In this document: positions 1 to 11,500 of the stretch, in pieces
Numbering within the stretch: the stretch's first letter is position 1
How the letters are laid out: every line of letters begins with the position of its first letter
Assembly: GCA_963663545.1 (NCBI GenBank)
Contig: OY760505.1
Span: 1,056,001-1,120,000, forward strand
Direction: 5' to 3'
Length of the DNA: 64,000 nt
Origin: Candidatus Delongbacteria bacterium
Lineage (GTDB): Bacteria; CAIWAD01
Notes under the pieces: model-generated
Told to the model about the DNA's origin: nothing
Databases searched by the model: none
What the model saw: the letters and a program-made list of their open reading frames with translations, nothing else
Made by a program: the position numbers and the translations under genes

Positions 1-19
1 GTGGACAAAGGAGAAAACC

Positions 20-1519
20 ATGAAGAAACTGCTACTGGACCTTTCCTTGCTGCTCGGCATCACCGCTCTGTGTTTTGCCAGCTCCCCGGCTTCGAAGCCC
101 CAGACGGAATCACAGGATGGTGGTCGTTGCGTCATTGCGTTTGATTGCACTACGGTTCCGGTTATCGCTTGCGATTCGGAAGTGAGCGGTTCTACAGTTG
201 GCGCCATGAATGTCATCGGAAATCCCGCTGGCGATGCCGTGTACCGCCTCGACCTAAGCTCCCCCAAGTGGATCAGCCTCGACCTGTGCGACCCCAATAC
301 CAACTACGACACGTATCTGCGCGTCTACGATCGCTGCCTAGACGACCCTGATGTGGTACAGCTCGCTTATAACGATGATGGTCAAACCTGTACTGAGTCC
401 TCTGAAGAAGGCTTGGTGTCCCGTATTGACAACCTACTGTTACCTGTGGGCAGCTATTACATCGTTGTTGAGGGATACAGCGGCAATGAGGGGAGTTTCA
501 ATCTAAGCGTGAGCTGCCAGGACGCCACTCCCGTGGATTTCGCTGACACAATCGAGTGCGGCGACACCGTAACTGGCAGTACCGTGGGCAATTATAGCTG
601 GCTCAATACAGAATCAGGCGATGCTTGTTATCTGTTTTCACCCGATGCAGACGTTTCCGTCGAGTTAAGCCTGTGCAGTGACGGCACGAGCTTCGACACC
701 ATACTCAGCATCTGGGAATTCCAGGGCCCCATTTTCAGCTTGCTCGCAAGCAACGATGACTACTGCGGTACGGCCTCTCGGCTGATATACGCCTTTGAAG
801 CGGGACTGGACTACCTGATTGTGGTGGACGGGTATTACTCAGCTGAAGGGACCTACGAGCTCGCACTAAACTGCCAGGTTGACCTCAGTCCTTGTGACGA
901 TGCTCTGGCACTTGTTTGCGGCGATGTTGTGGAAGGAAACACTACTGACGGCGTCAGCTATGTAGGCAATGAATCTGCCGATGCCTTCTACACCTTTGAA
1001 GTAACAACTGCGGGTGAGTACACATTTAGCACCTGCGGATCAAGTTTCGACACCTACCTTCGTCTCTACGATGTCTGCCCCTTGTCGGCGAACCAGATTG
1101 CCGACAATGACGACTTCTGCGGTCTCCAATCGCAGATAAGCATCACCCTTGATCCCGGAACTTACTTCATCGTGGTAGAGGGTTACACGGAAGCAGAGGG
1201 AGCCTATCTCCTTTCTGTACAGTGCCCCCAGGTGGCTGCTGCCGTGGAACAACCTGAAGAATTCGCCTTGGCCCAGAACTACCCGAACCCCTTCAACCCG
1301 ACTACAACCATCGACTTTAGTCTGGCTGAGACGGGTATCGCACACCTGGCCGTATACAACATGTCCGGACAGCGTGTGGCGATACTGGTGAATGGCTTGA
1401 TGGAAAGTGGCGCCCACAGCGTGAATTTCAACGCTTCCTCACTGGCCAGCGGCGTGTACTTCTACACCTTGCAGGCAGGCGATCAGCTTGCCACCAAAAA
1501 GCTGGTGCTGATGAAGTGA
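20..1519 (+). CDS. Secreted T9SS-cargo protein with three Cys-containing PPC-like beta-sandwich repeats
   Basis: RBS AAGGAG; signal peptide MKKLLL; three repeats of the form CGD..G.T.G...DA.Y...C....DTYL...NDD.CG...YYIVVEGY; C-terminal QNYPNPFNP...KKLVLMK sorting domain. Confidence 0.85.
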   Translation: MKKLLLDLSLLLGITALCFASSPASKPQTESQDGGRCVIAFDCTTVPVIACDSEVSGSTVGAMNVIGNPAGDAVYRLDLSSPKWISLDLCDPNTNYDTYLRVYDRCLDDPDVVQLAYNDDGQTCTESSEEGLVSRIDNLLLPVGSYYIVVEGYSGNEGSFNLSVSCQDATPVDFADTIECGDTVTGSTVGNYSWLNTESGDACYLFSPDADVSVELSLCSDGTSFDTILSIWEFQGPIFSLLASNDDYCGTASRLIYAFEAGLDYLIVVDGYYSAEGTYELALNCQVDLSPCDDALALVCGDVVEGNTTDGVSYVGNESADAFYTFEVTTAGEYTFSTCGSSFDTYLRLYDVCPLSANQIADNDDFCGLQSQISITLDPGTYFIVVEGYTEAEGAYLLSVQCPQVAAAVEQPEEFALAQNYPNPFNPTTTIDFSLAETGIAHLAVYNMSGQRVAILVNGLMESGAHSVNFNASSLASGVYFYTLQAGDQLATKKLVLMK

Positions 1520-1569
1520 TAGGGAACGACCGGAGTCAAGGGCTTACTTGATTCCCAATGTTTGTTTTC

Positions 1570-1603
1570 AAGGCCCCCGGTCCCGGAAGGGAACCGGGGG
1601 CTT
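1570..1603 (+). terminator. GC-rich hairpin, probable intrinsic terminator
   Basis: AAGGCCCCCGG...CCGGGGGCTT inverted repeat ~50 nt after the stop. Confidence 0.55.
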
Positions 1604-1889
1604 CATCTCCCTCTCCACTACTCGCCAGAGGTGACGGATCGCAATGAGGCTCTGGCCTGAATCATATCGAGGCCAATCCACTCCGGCTTGACTACAGCAA
1701 ACCGCGCTACCAGATGCCGGAATCTTAGCATAGCAGACACTCACGATCAGGACGAGTATTCAGAAATTCCTCTTTTATAACGCTTTCATACCATATATCT
1801 GTATTGAAAAATCTGGCACAACAGTTGCCATATGATCTTTCAGCAAATGATTTCGGTGTTCCAGGAAAAAATTTCGAGTAGGAGGCGTT

Positions 1890-3407
1890 ATGCGTCTTTC
1901 CACGCTAATTTTACTAAGCATTGTGTGCAATGTGTATGCCATGGAAAAGCCGGTGACTTCGAACGGCTCCCGTGACATCCTCAGCAGCACCAGTGGAAAC
2001 ATCAGCGTCATCGTCAACAACAACCTAGGTGACTCCACCGTCGGTCGCTTCACCATCGGCACAGCCGAAGGCACTCCTCTAATGTTCGGACATGGATCCG
2101 ATCCCTGGTCGTCGTTTGTGCGCGCCGAAGTGGATGGCGAGTCATTCGTTCAACATTGTTGCGGTGGGGAAGGCGGTGGTGGGGAGCGTATCGGCGCTCC
2201 TGTCGATGTCAACTATATGACGCTAGTCACAGCGCCTGTTTTTAACATGGATGGCTCAATTAGCACGAGCTATTTGGCAGGCGAAGTGGTGATCACACAG
2301 ATTGTGACACCAGGCACGATCGCGGGACAAGATCTTGTGAGCATTGAATACGAGGTAGAAGTCCCTGCAAGCCGAACGGCTCACGATGTCCGTCTGTTAC
2401 TGGAAATTGACACACAGATTGGTGAGAACGATGCAGCGCCCATCGCCACCAGTTTTGGCTATACGGGCTTAGAGACTTGCTTCGAGGCCCCCGTCCCCAA
2501 CACATGGACGGCGTTCGAAGAAGGTCCGGATCAGGGCGACAGCCTGCTGGTTGGCTGCGGCATTCTAAATGGAAGCGGTGCCGTAGCGCCTGATCGCTTT
2601 GCAATTGGCTCTTGGCCTAGTTTCAGTTACGAGTCTTTCTTCGATTACGAATGCTCTGGTTCGGAGTACGGCGATTCTGCAGTGCTTCTCTGGTGGGATC
2701 TGGGTACGCTGAACTCCGGTGACGCCCCCACCCTGGTACGCACCTATTACGGCACTTGTACGCACACCTCCTCGCCCGGTGAGCTGAACGTGGCTTGGAC
2801 AGGGACCTCCTCCTTGTGGTGCGGGCCCAACGGCTACGAGCCCAATCCGATTGATGTGAATGTGCTAGTCACCAATACCGGCGAAGAAGCCTGCACGGGC
2901 GTGAGTGTCTTCATGCCGACGGTAGACTGCCTGTATCCGGTGGCGGGAAACCTGTTCTCGATCGGCGAACTGGCTCCCGGCGCGACGGCCTCGGTGTCCA
3001 TTCCTCTGGTATACATCTGCGACCAGTGTGACATTGACATTGAATACACGATTATCGTGTCCAGCGATGATTGCCCCTCGAACGAGCTGGCCACCTCTCT
3101 ATATGTCCCCTGCTGCAATGTGGCCGCAGCTGAAGAACATCCACTGGAGTTCGCGCTTGGCCAGAACTATCCGAACCCCTTCAACCCGACTACGACCATC
3201 GACTTCAGTCTAGCCGAGACGGGTATCGCACACCTGGCCGTGTACAACATGTCCGGACAGCGCGTGGCCGTGCTCGTGGACGGCATGACGGAAAGCGGCC
3301 ATCATAGTGTGAGCTTTGATGCCACCACACTGTGCAGCGGTGTGTACTTCTACACCTTGCAGGCAGGCGATCAGCTTGCCACCAAAAAGCTGGTGCTGAT
3401 GAAATAA
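1890..3407 (+). CDS. Secreted T9SS-cargo protein with a CARDB/Ig-like domain before the sorting tail
   Basis: RBS AGGAGG; signal peptide; VLVTNTG...IGELAPGATASV Ig-like motif; NYPNPFNP tail. Confidence 0.8.
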   Translation: MRLSTLILLSIVCNVYAMEKPVTSNGSRDILSSTSGNISVIVNNNLGDSTVGRFTIGTAEGTPLMFGHGSDPWSSFVRAEVDGESFVQHCCGGEGGGGERIGAPVDVNYMTLVTAPVFNMDGSISTSYLAGEVVITQIVTPGTIAGQDLVSIEYEVEVPASRTAHDVRLLLEIDTQIGENDAAPIATSFGYTGLETCFEAPVPNTWTAFEEGPDQGDSLLVGCGILNGSGAVAPDRFAIGSWPSFSYESFFDYECSGSEYGDSAVLLWWDLGTLNSGDAPTLVRTYYGTCTHTSSPGELNVAWTGTSSLWCGPNGYEPNPIDVNVLVTNTGEEACTGVSVFMPTVDCLYPVAGNLFSIGELAPGATASVSIPLVYICDQCDIDIEYTIIVSSDDCPSNELATSLYVPCCNVAAAEEHPLEFALGQNYPNPFNPTTTIDFSLAETGIAHLAVYNMSGQRVAVLVDGMTESGHHSVSFDATTLCSGVYFYTLQAGDQLATKKLVLMK

Positions 3408-3432
3408 ACACAGCATCATTCTGCGAACACAG

Positions 3433-3460
3433 GCCGCTTCCATATGGGAGCGGCTTTTTT
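3433..3460 (+). terminator. Intrinsic terminator
   Basis: GCCGCTTCC-ATAT-GGGAGCGGC followed by TTTTTT. Confidence 0.8.
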
Positions 3461-3640
3461 CTCCAGCTCTTTCTTCTTGCCAATGCTCTATCCCGGTACT
3501 ATCATCAAAGCGAATCAGCAAGATCTACATCAAACTGCAAAGCAGATGTGTCACACGGTCCGGCAACTGTGTCACGCAACACTTGATGTATCACAGAACG
3601 GGGCCGACTGTACTACAGATCGGATCGAGAAGGAGGAGAA

Positions 3641-5299
3641 ATGCAACAACTGCTGCTAGCCACACTTGTAGCCAGCGCCTGCGTGATACAATCCGCGTCA
3701 GGTTCACCCACGGCAAAGGAGATTGCAAACAGCCCGGAGCTCCAGCTCTATCAGCAACTGCGTTCGAACGGAGATGATATTCCCGAGTGGTTGAACGAAG
3801 CGATGTATCCAGCAAGTACCGATGTACCCGGTGTTCGACAGGGCGGTGATACATTCGAGACCGCCGTGGCCATAGAATTCCCCTTCTCAGGTTCGGGCTC
3901 AACTCAGGGATACAACAACGATTACGATGTGAGCTGCCCGTTCTTCGGTTCCACCGCACCCGATGTCGTTTACGCGTTTACTGCAGAGGTCACAGCACTG
4001 CTGGATGTAGACCTGGCTGGCTCCCAGTACGACACCAAGTTGTACATCTACAACGCCGCCATGGAGCTGGTCGCCTGCAACGATGACTATTACCCGAACT
4101 ATGTGAGTGCTCTGTTTGATGTAGAAGTCGTTGCTGGCACGACGTATTACATCGTGGTGGATGGATTCGGCTCCCACAGCGGTGTTTACACCATCCATGC
4201 AGTACTGCAGGACGAATGTACACCACCTATCCTCGACCCGGCGTTTAGCGAAAATGAAGCGCACTATACCGACTTCGACATCACCAATGGCGGCTGCAAT
4301 GAGGCGAATTATCGCTTCCAGGAGTTCCCCTTTGAAGGAGAGCGCTGCGGCACAATCTTCACCTACACGGCTCCCAACGGGGGTGCAGAACGCGACAGCG
4401 ACTGGTTCCTTGTCAACCTGCCTATGGCCGGTTCCATTAGTTTCGACATTGATTGTTGTGGAGAGTGGACAGCACTTCTCATGGCCGCCAATTGCGAGTT
4501 GCCCCTCCTCTACGGCCAGGCTTCGACTTATGGGCACGACACGCTGAACACACCCTTTTTGCCTGCAGGCGACTACTATTTCGCCATTGCGCCAGCAGAA
4601 TACACGGGGATGTCAAGCGAACGTATCTGGCATGCCGCCATGTCCTTCAGCTCACCTTGCGATGAAGCCACGATGCTGATATGCGGAGACAACCTTAGTG
4701 GTGACACCTACGATGCACCAAACTGCTTCGGCAACCTGGCGGGTGACGCATTGTTCACCTTCACACCAACGCGTGCGGGCCTTTACACGTTTAGTACGGA
4801 CAACCCAGGCACAGGCTTTGACACCTATCTCTGGCTTTACGCAGGCCATCCTTCGCTGAACGATCTGGTCACCGAAAACGATGACTACGACTTCACGAAT
4901 CTGACCTCGCGTATCACGGCAAACCTGTCCGCTGGCGTTGAATACTGGCTTGTACTTGATGGCTACTTCTTAGAAGAGGGCGCGTTTGAACTCAGTATTG
5001 AGTGTCCAGAAAGCGCCTATGCGGAGTTAGAAGAAGGCCAGTTTGCGCTAGCGCAGAACTATCCCAATCCATTCAATCCCAGTACTACGATCGAATTCAG
5101 CCTGGCCGAGACAGGATCGACGCAGCTGGCCGTGTACAACATCACGGGACAACGCGTGGCACTGCTGGTGAATGGGCTGATGGAGAGCGGCACCCATAGC
5201 CTTCGTCTTGATGCGAGCACCTTGCCAGGTGGCGTCTATCTCTATACGCTACGCAATGAGCACACATCCATCACAAGGAAAATGCTGTTGATCAAGTAG
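3641..5299 (+). CDS. Secreted T9SS-cargo protein with PPC-like repeats
   Basis: RBS AGGAGG; signal peptide; YDTKLY...NDD...YYIVVDG repeats; NYPNPFNP...RKMLLIK tail. Confidence 0.85.
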   Translation: MQQLLLATLVASACVIQSASGSPTAKEIANSPELQLYQQLRSNGDDIPEWLNEAMYPASTDVPGVRQGGDTFETAVAIEFPFSGSGSTQGYNNDYDVSCPFFGSTAPDVVYAFTAEVTALLDVDLAGSQYDTKLYIYNAAMELVACNDDYYPNYVSALFDVEVVAGTTYYIVVDGFGSHSGVYTIHAVLQDECTPPILDPAFSENEAHYTDFDITNGGCNEANYRFQEFPFEGERCGTIFTYTAPNGGAERDSDWFLVNLPMAGSISFDIDCCGEWTALLMAANCELPLLYGQASTYGHDTLNTPFLPAGDYYFAIAPAEYTGMSSERIWHAAMSFSSPCDEATMLICGDNLSGDTYDAPNCFGNLAGDALFTFTPTRAGLYTFSTDNPGTGFDTYLWLYAGHPSLNDLVTENDDYDFTNLTSRITANLSAGVEYWLVLDGYFLEEGAFELSIECPESAYAELEEGQFALAQNYPNPFNPSTTIEFSLAETGSTQLAVYNITGQRVALLVNGLMESGTHSLRLDASTLPGGVYLYTLRNEHTSITRKMLLIK

Positions 5300-5576
5300 T
5301 CCGCATTCATCCGCAATCAACTTAGGGGTCATCATGGATGGCCCCCTCTTGTGCCAAGGTCGGCGTCTGATCGGGTAAATGGACAATTTTTCGCAGAACA
5401 CAATTATGTCTTGGGGAAGCGCTATCGCGGCTGTACTTTGGCAACGGTTCTTCCCCGGGACCACGTAGATGGAAGTTGCGAGTAACTCAATAGAAATGGT
5501 GTAGACTGGACCCAAAAGCTCAGCCATCCGTTTGGCAAAAGGGCTGGTGTGCACAGTGATACAGGAGAGATCCCCT

Positions 5577-8500
5577 ATGAGACATTTACTTGTCTTGGGT
5601 CTGCTGCTGGCCTCGTCGTCAGCGGTATGGGCCAACGCTGATTTGCGAAAGGAACTTGCCAACAAAGCTTCACAGCAAGGCGTCTCCTTGGATGAACTGC
5701 TGCGGGAGCACGATCTTGAGGCACCAGCCGATGGAGCGATTGGACAGTACCTGCAAGCAAAAGCCGAAGGTCGGAGCATTCCAGCTTGGCTGGATCGGCA
5801 GATGAATCGCCCTGGAGCCTTGCAGAATCGTGTGGGCGGAAATACAGACGCCGACGCCGTAGTCATCAACCTTGTAGCTGGCGGAGATCCCTACGAAGAC
5901 TCCGGTTCAACCGTAGGCTTGTCCGATCACACAACCGCAGCCTGCACCATTGGGACCTCTTCCATCGGCTGCTCGACAACCATCTCCAATACAGCGCCCG
6001 ACGCATGGTATTCGCTCACAGTTGACACGCCTCTGAGCTGTGTTGCCAACCTTTGTGGTTCCAGCTATGACACGAAGCTCTATATCTTCAATAGTGAGCT
6101 TGTCATGGTTGCCGGAAACGATGATTCCTGCGGCGCACAATCCGAAATAAGCTGCAACCTGCCTGCTGGCGATTACTACATCGTTGTGGATGGCTACAAC
6201 AGTAATTCTGGCGACTACACTCTTTCCGTGGAATTGGTGGATATCTGTGCCGACTACAACGACGCCGTCCTCAGCTTGAGCTCGGTGCCCGGCAGCATAA
6301 GTGGATCCACGGTTGATGCCCCCAGTATCTTCGGAAGCGCAGCCGGTGATGTCGGCATTGACATCGTGATTCCGACTACGGGCAACTGGGACTTCGGCTC
6401 TTGTAATGAGGGCACCGATTTCAGCACCGACCTGTATCTCTTCGACGCAAATCCCTGCGAAGGTGGCGAACTGCTGCTTTCGAACGAGTACTGGGCCGGA
6501 TGCACCGATCCAAGCGGGGCAGCAAAAATCACAGCGCTCGATCTTGCCGCCGGGACGTACCATTTGGTGGTCAGCAACACCGGCACCTCCGAAGGTGCTT
6601 TTGAAATCAATGTCGAGCCCACTCCCGAAGCCCCCACCAGTGGCGGTCCGGATGAGTACGGATACATCTGGGCCACCTCCGACGACGCGGAAGGCCCAGA
6701 GTACGAGTGGCTCGAAATCAATGGCAGTGGCGAGATCGCCGGAACTCAGATTTCGGGTATGTCGGATGTCAACTGCGTCGGTCCCATTGTCTTGCCATTC
6801 ACCTTCAATTTCTATGGCATCAACTACGATTCGCTTTGGATTGGCAGCAACGGCCTTGTTGGCTTCAACAATACCGTCACAGCCGACGGCAATCAGAACA
6901 TGCCCAATGCGACCAGTCCAAATGGACTGATTGCCGGTTTCTGGGATGATCTGGATCTGGGTGATGGTCGCGGCGCTGTCTACACCTATTATGACGAGGG
7001 CAACGATCGTTTCATAGTTGAATACGATGGTGCCCCGGACTACCCGGGCGGGACAGGAGCACAGAACTGGTTCCAGTTCCACCTGTACTCTGACCGGAGT
7101 ATCGAGATCCACTACATGGATCTCCAAGGTGACCGTACTAGCTGCTCGGTGGGTATGGAGAACGAAGAGGGCACGGTAGGCCTGACAGCGCTCTACAATG
7201 ATACCGGTTTCCTGCTGGGCAACGAAATGGCAATTCGCTTCAGCCAGCTTCCCGGCGATTTCGCGCCTCCGCAGATCGTACATACCCCTATCGTTTCCGT
7301 CGAGACTGAGTACGCCGGCGGTATTCCGGCGAGCGTCGAGCTCTTTGACGACTCGGATATCCAGCGTGCCAGCCTGTATTATCAGCTAAATGGTGCTGCC
7401 CACACAGACAGTACGGCCTTTGCCCACGAAAGCGGTGATACATGGACGACGACCATTCCCATGCTAAGTGCAGGAACGATCGTTAACTATTGGATCACGG
7501 CCTGGGATGATGCCCCGGATCACAACTACCGCGTCAGCGAGAGCTGGAGTTTTGAGGTTGTCAGCTATGCCTGGCCTCCACGGAACCTCGTGGCCACCGA
7601 CGGCGAGTTGGATGCTACCTGGATCAGCTGGGATGCTCCCGCTCCTGTTGCTGAAGAAGGCGACTACTTCGAGAATTTCGAGAGTGGTATTCCCACCAAC
7701 TGGACTGTCTATGACGTAGACGGTACCAATTACGTATGGCAGCAGTACGAGCCAACGGATGCCAACGGCGCCTATGAAGGCTCCTACGTCGCCGGCGTCC
7801 GCTACGAAACCTATGGTTCGCCTTCAGATGAGTGGCTTGTGACACAGGCCCTGCAGGCATCGTCAGAGTCCCGTTTGGTTTTGGCAGCCCGCAGCATGTA
7901 TACGTATACGCTCGCCTCCGGCGACGTTGTGGTGGCTACGGGCAACGATCTGGAATCATTGCAGAATGCAAGCGTAATCGCCTCTACAGAAGCCCTTAGT
8001 GACGGTGCCTGGGGCCAACTTTTCATTGACCTTTCCACGTACGCCGGGCAGGAAATCTATCTTGCCTTCCACTTCACGGGTTCCAACGGCGGCATCTATA
8101 TCGACGACGTCCGTTTCTATGACCTGGCGGAAACACCGGCACGCTCCGGCCATATTCCCAATCCTGGTTGTATCACGGGCATTTCGCCAGAGGACTTGAT
8201 GCGCGAGTACGGTCTCAGCCGCGAGGCAGCCAAACAGCGCATTCTCGACTGGGAGCGTGCCGCGGCTCACCGTGATACACGCAACTTCCAGCAGTATGTA
8301 GTCTATCGCAACGGCATTGAGCTTGGTCGCACTACCGATCTCTTCTTTGAAGACACCGCCGCGCTGGGTTCTCAACCTGGTGTGATCTACGAGTATACAA
8401 CCACGGCGATGTTCGACTCAGGTGAAAGCGATGAGTCAAACATGGATCAAGGATCCTGGACGGGACGGCCAACCAGTGGCGGACCGGATGAGATGGGCTA

Positions 8501-11500
8501 TGCCTGGTATGCGTCAACAGATCCGGAAGGACCGAGCTACAACTGGGTGGAAATCAACACAACGGGTACTGAAGTAGACAGTTTGACGGATGTCAACGCA
8601 GTTGGTCCCTTCGCTCTACCCTTCAGCTTCCCCTTCTACGGAAGCAGCTACACGCAGATCTACATCGGAAGCAACGGACTGATTGGCTTCAATAGCGCCA
8701 TCACCTCCGATACAAACCAACTGCTTCCAAGCACCACCTCGCCCAGTAATCTCATTGCAGGATTCTGGGACGATCTGGATCTGGGCGATGGCCGCGGCGC
8801 CGTCTATTACCTGAATGATAGCGCCAACGACCGCTTAATCATCGAGTACGACGGCGCTCCCGACTACCCGGGCGGAACTGGAGCGCAGAATTACTTCCAG
8901 TTCCATCTCTATGCCGATGGCAGCGTCGAGATTCACTATCAGGCGTTGAACGGTGACATCACCTCCTGCACCGTGGGTATGGAAAACGAAGACGGTACGG
9001 TGGGCTTGACCGCCGTTTACAACAACGATGGCTGCCTGCTGGAAACACCAATGGCCATCCGTTTCGCTCAGCTTGAAGGTGACTTCATTGCCCCTGTCAT
9101 CGTCCACGAACCCCTGATCAGCACCGAGACAGAGACTGCGGGTGACATCCTCATCACAGCCGAAATCACGGATGCTGATTCCGATGTGGATCACGCCGAG
9201 TTGTATTACAGCACTGGCGGAGGCTTCACCGAAGTCAGCATGACCAACACTACCGGCAACACCTATACGGGCAGCATTCCGCATCAGGCGCTGAACACAA
9301 CGGTGAGTTACTACCTGCAGGCCACCGATGATAGCGACCGTCAGAATGTTCGTATCACGGACACCTATGACTTCTTGGTGATGAGCTGCGAATGGGCGCC
9401 GCAGAATGTGCAAGCCTCGGATGGCGATCTGGGCACTGTGACGGTCAGTTGGGATACTCCTTGGGGCGAAATGTTCTTCGGTTCCGACTTCCAGCTGAGC
9501 GGCGAAGAACTGATGCAGCGCTACGGCTACAGCAAGGAAGAAGCGATTGTCGCCTACGAGCGGATGCACAGTCCCTACCTCGATCAGGCCAACCGCAACT
9601 TCATCATGTATCACGTACTACGCGATGGCAGTGAAATTGCCACCACGTCCGAGCTGAGCTACGTTGACGACAGCACGATGGGTGGAGTGACTTACACTTA
9701 CACTGTCTCCGCAGAGTACGACGCGTGCACTTCTGATCCTTCTGACGGTGATACAGGCTACGCATTGGAGACCGGTGGACCGGATGAGTTCGGTTACACC
9801 TGGCGTGACAGCTCCGATCCGCTGGGTCCCACCTACGGTTGGATCGAAATCAATTCCCTCGGCACCGCGGTTGAGTTGACTGACGACGACGTCACGGATG
9901 GCGTGTTCATTGGCTTCCCCTTCCCCTTCTACGGTACTGAATACGATTCCATTTTCATCGGCTCCAACGGAGTTCTTGGTTTTGCCACAGAGGGTATCAC
10001 ATCCTGGACCGCAATGCAGTCTCTGCCGGATACCGATACACCCAACAATTTGATCGCCCCCTTCTGGGTTGACTTGGATCCCAGCTACGGCGTTGGTCAG
10101 ATCCTCTACTACTACGATGAAGGCAATAACCGATTCATCGTTGAGTACGATGGTGTTCCCGACTATGACTCAAATGATGAGGGTCTGCAGAACTGGTTCC
10201 AGACCATCCTCTATCCCAACGGCAACATCCTGGTGAATTATCAAAGCCTGCTGGGTGAGGTATCCGAGGTCTACGTTGGCATCGAGAACGCCGACGGCAC
10301 AATTGGTCTGATGTACAGCGAGGAAGGCACAATCACGCCTCTCGAAAGCGAAGTGTCACTCATGTTCTACGGCCCCATCAATTGCGATCCGGTCGTGTGT
10401 AGTGGTGATGACGAAACCGAACCGAACGACGGTTGGGACGGCGACGCTTACACCGCCAACAGCATTGAAAATGGTGATACAATCTGCGGCACCCTCCAGA
10501 TGGACGGTGATACAGCCAACCCCGACTATTTCTTGTATCACCATTTCGGTGGTCAGCTGGCTATCCAAACAGATGTATCCGACTTCGACGCAGTGCTGCG
10601 CGTCCTTGAATCCGAGCAGGACGGTGCGGTGTTGTATGAGGTGGACAACTGGGAACGCTGCGGCAACGAGAGCCTTGCTATTCCAGGTCTTGATAACGGC
10701 GACTACTTCATTGTGGTGGATCACAACAACGATGCCGATCCCATTGTGGGCAACCAGACCTACAGCCTGACCGTTATCGCTTCGGGTGATCCGTGTGCGG
10801 GTCACGAACCCATCAGCTGCGATGGCACTCCCGAAGTGGAGCCCAACGAAGGATGGAACAGCGATCCGGTGTCCTACAACGAAATCGGCAATGATGTCAC
10901 GGTGTGTGGAACCATTGACCGTGTCGATGGCGAAGAAGACAGCGACTGGTATCACTTCACTGTAACGAGTATGGTGGACGTAACCCTGAGTGCTGCCATT
11001 GACGAATTCGACGCCGTGCTCTTCCTCACCGACTTTGATCCCGACGGTTCTGTGCTGGCTCAGGAAGATTTCGGACCTTCCTGCTACCCCGAGACGCTCG
11101 AGTACATTGGTCTGCCCGCCGGTGAGTATTACGCGGTGATCTCGTGCGTTGACGATGTCGACTTCTCTGCCGAGAACTACAGCCTGAATCTGCACTTCAG
11201 TGACACAGTGGTTGGCGAGCCCTGCGGCGACCTTGTCGTTGTTGGCAATCTGGTGGACGCCTATACTGCGGACCGCAGCGCACCGGTGCTTACCCACCAG
11301 GACGGCAACAACTGCCCCGATGCTGGCCACGCAATGGGTCTGGATGACGTGTTCCAGGTGACCCTTACCAGTGCCACTACTCTGCGTATCACCATGCAGG
11401 GCGAAGGCAACGCCGATGAAGTCATTTACCTGATGGGCGATTGCGCGGTGGCAACCTCGTGCGGTGCAATCCAAAACGAGTTCGGTGCTGGTGGCGAGCC

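Noticed and set aside
1270..3407. Duplicated 3' ends as a diversity-generating retroelement TR/VR pair
   Set aside because: Differences are mostly synonymous and not adenine-specific, both copies are coding, and no reverse transcriptase is present
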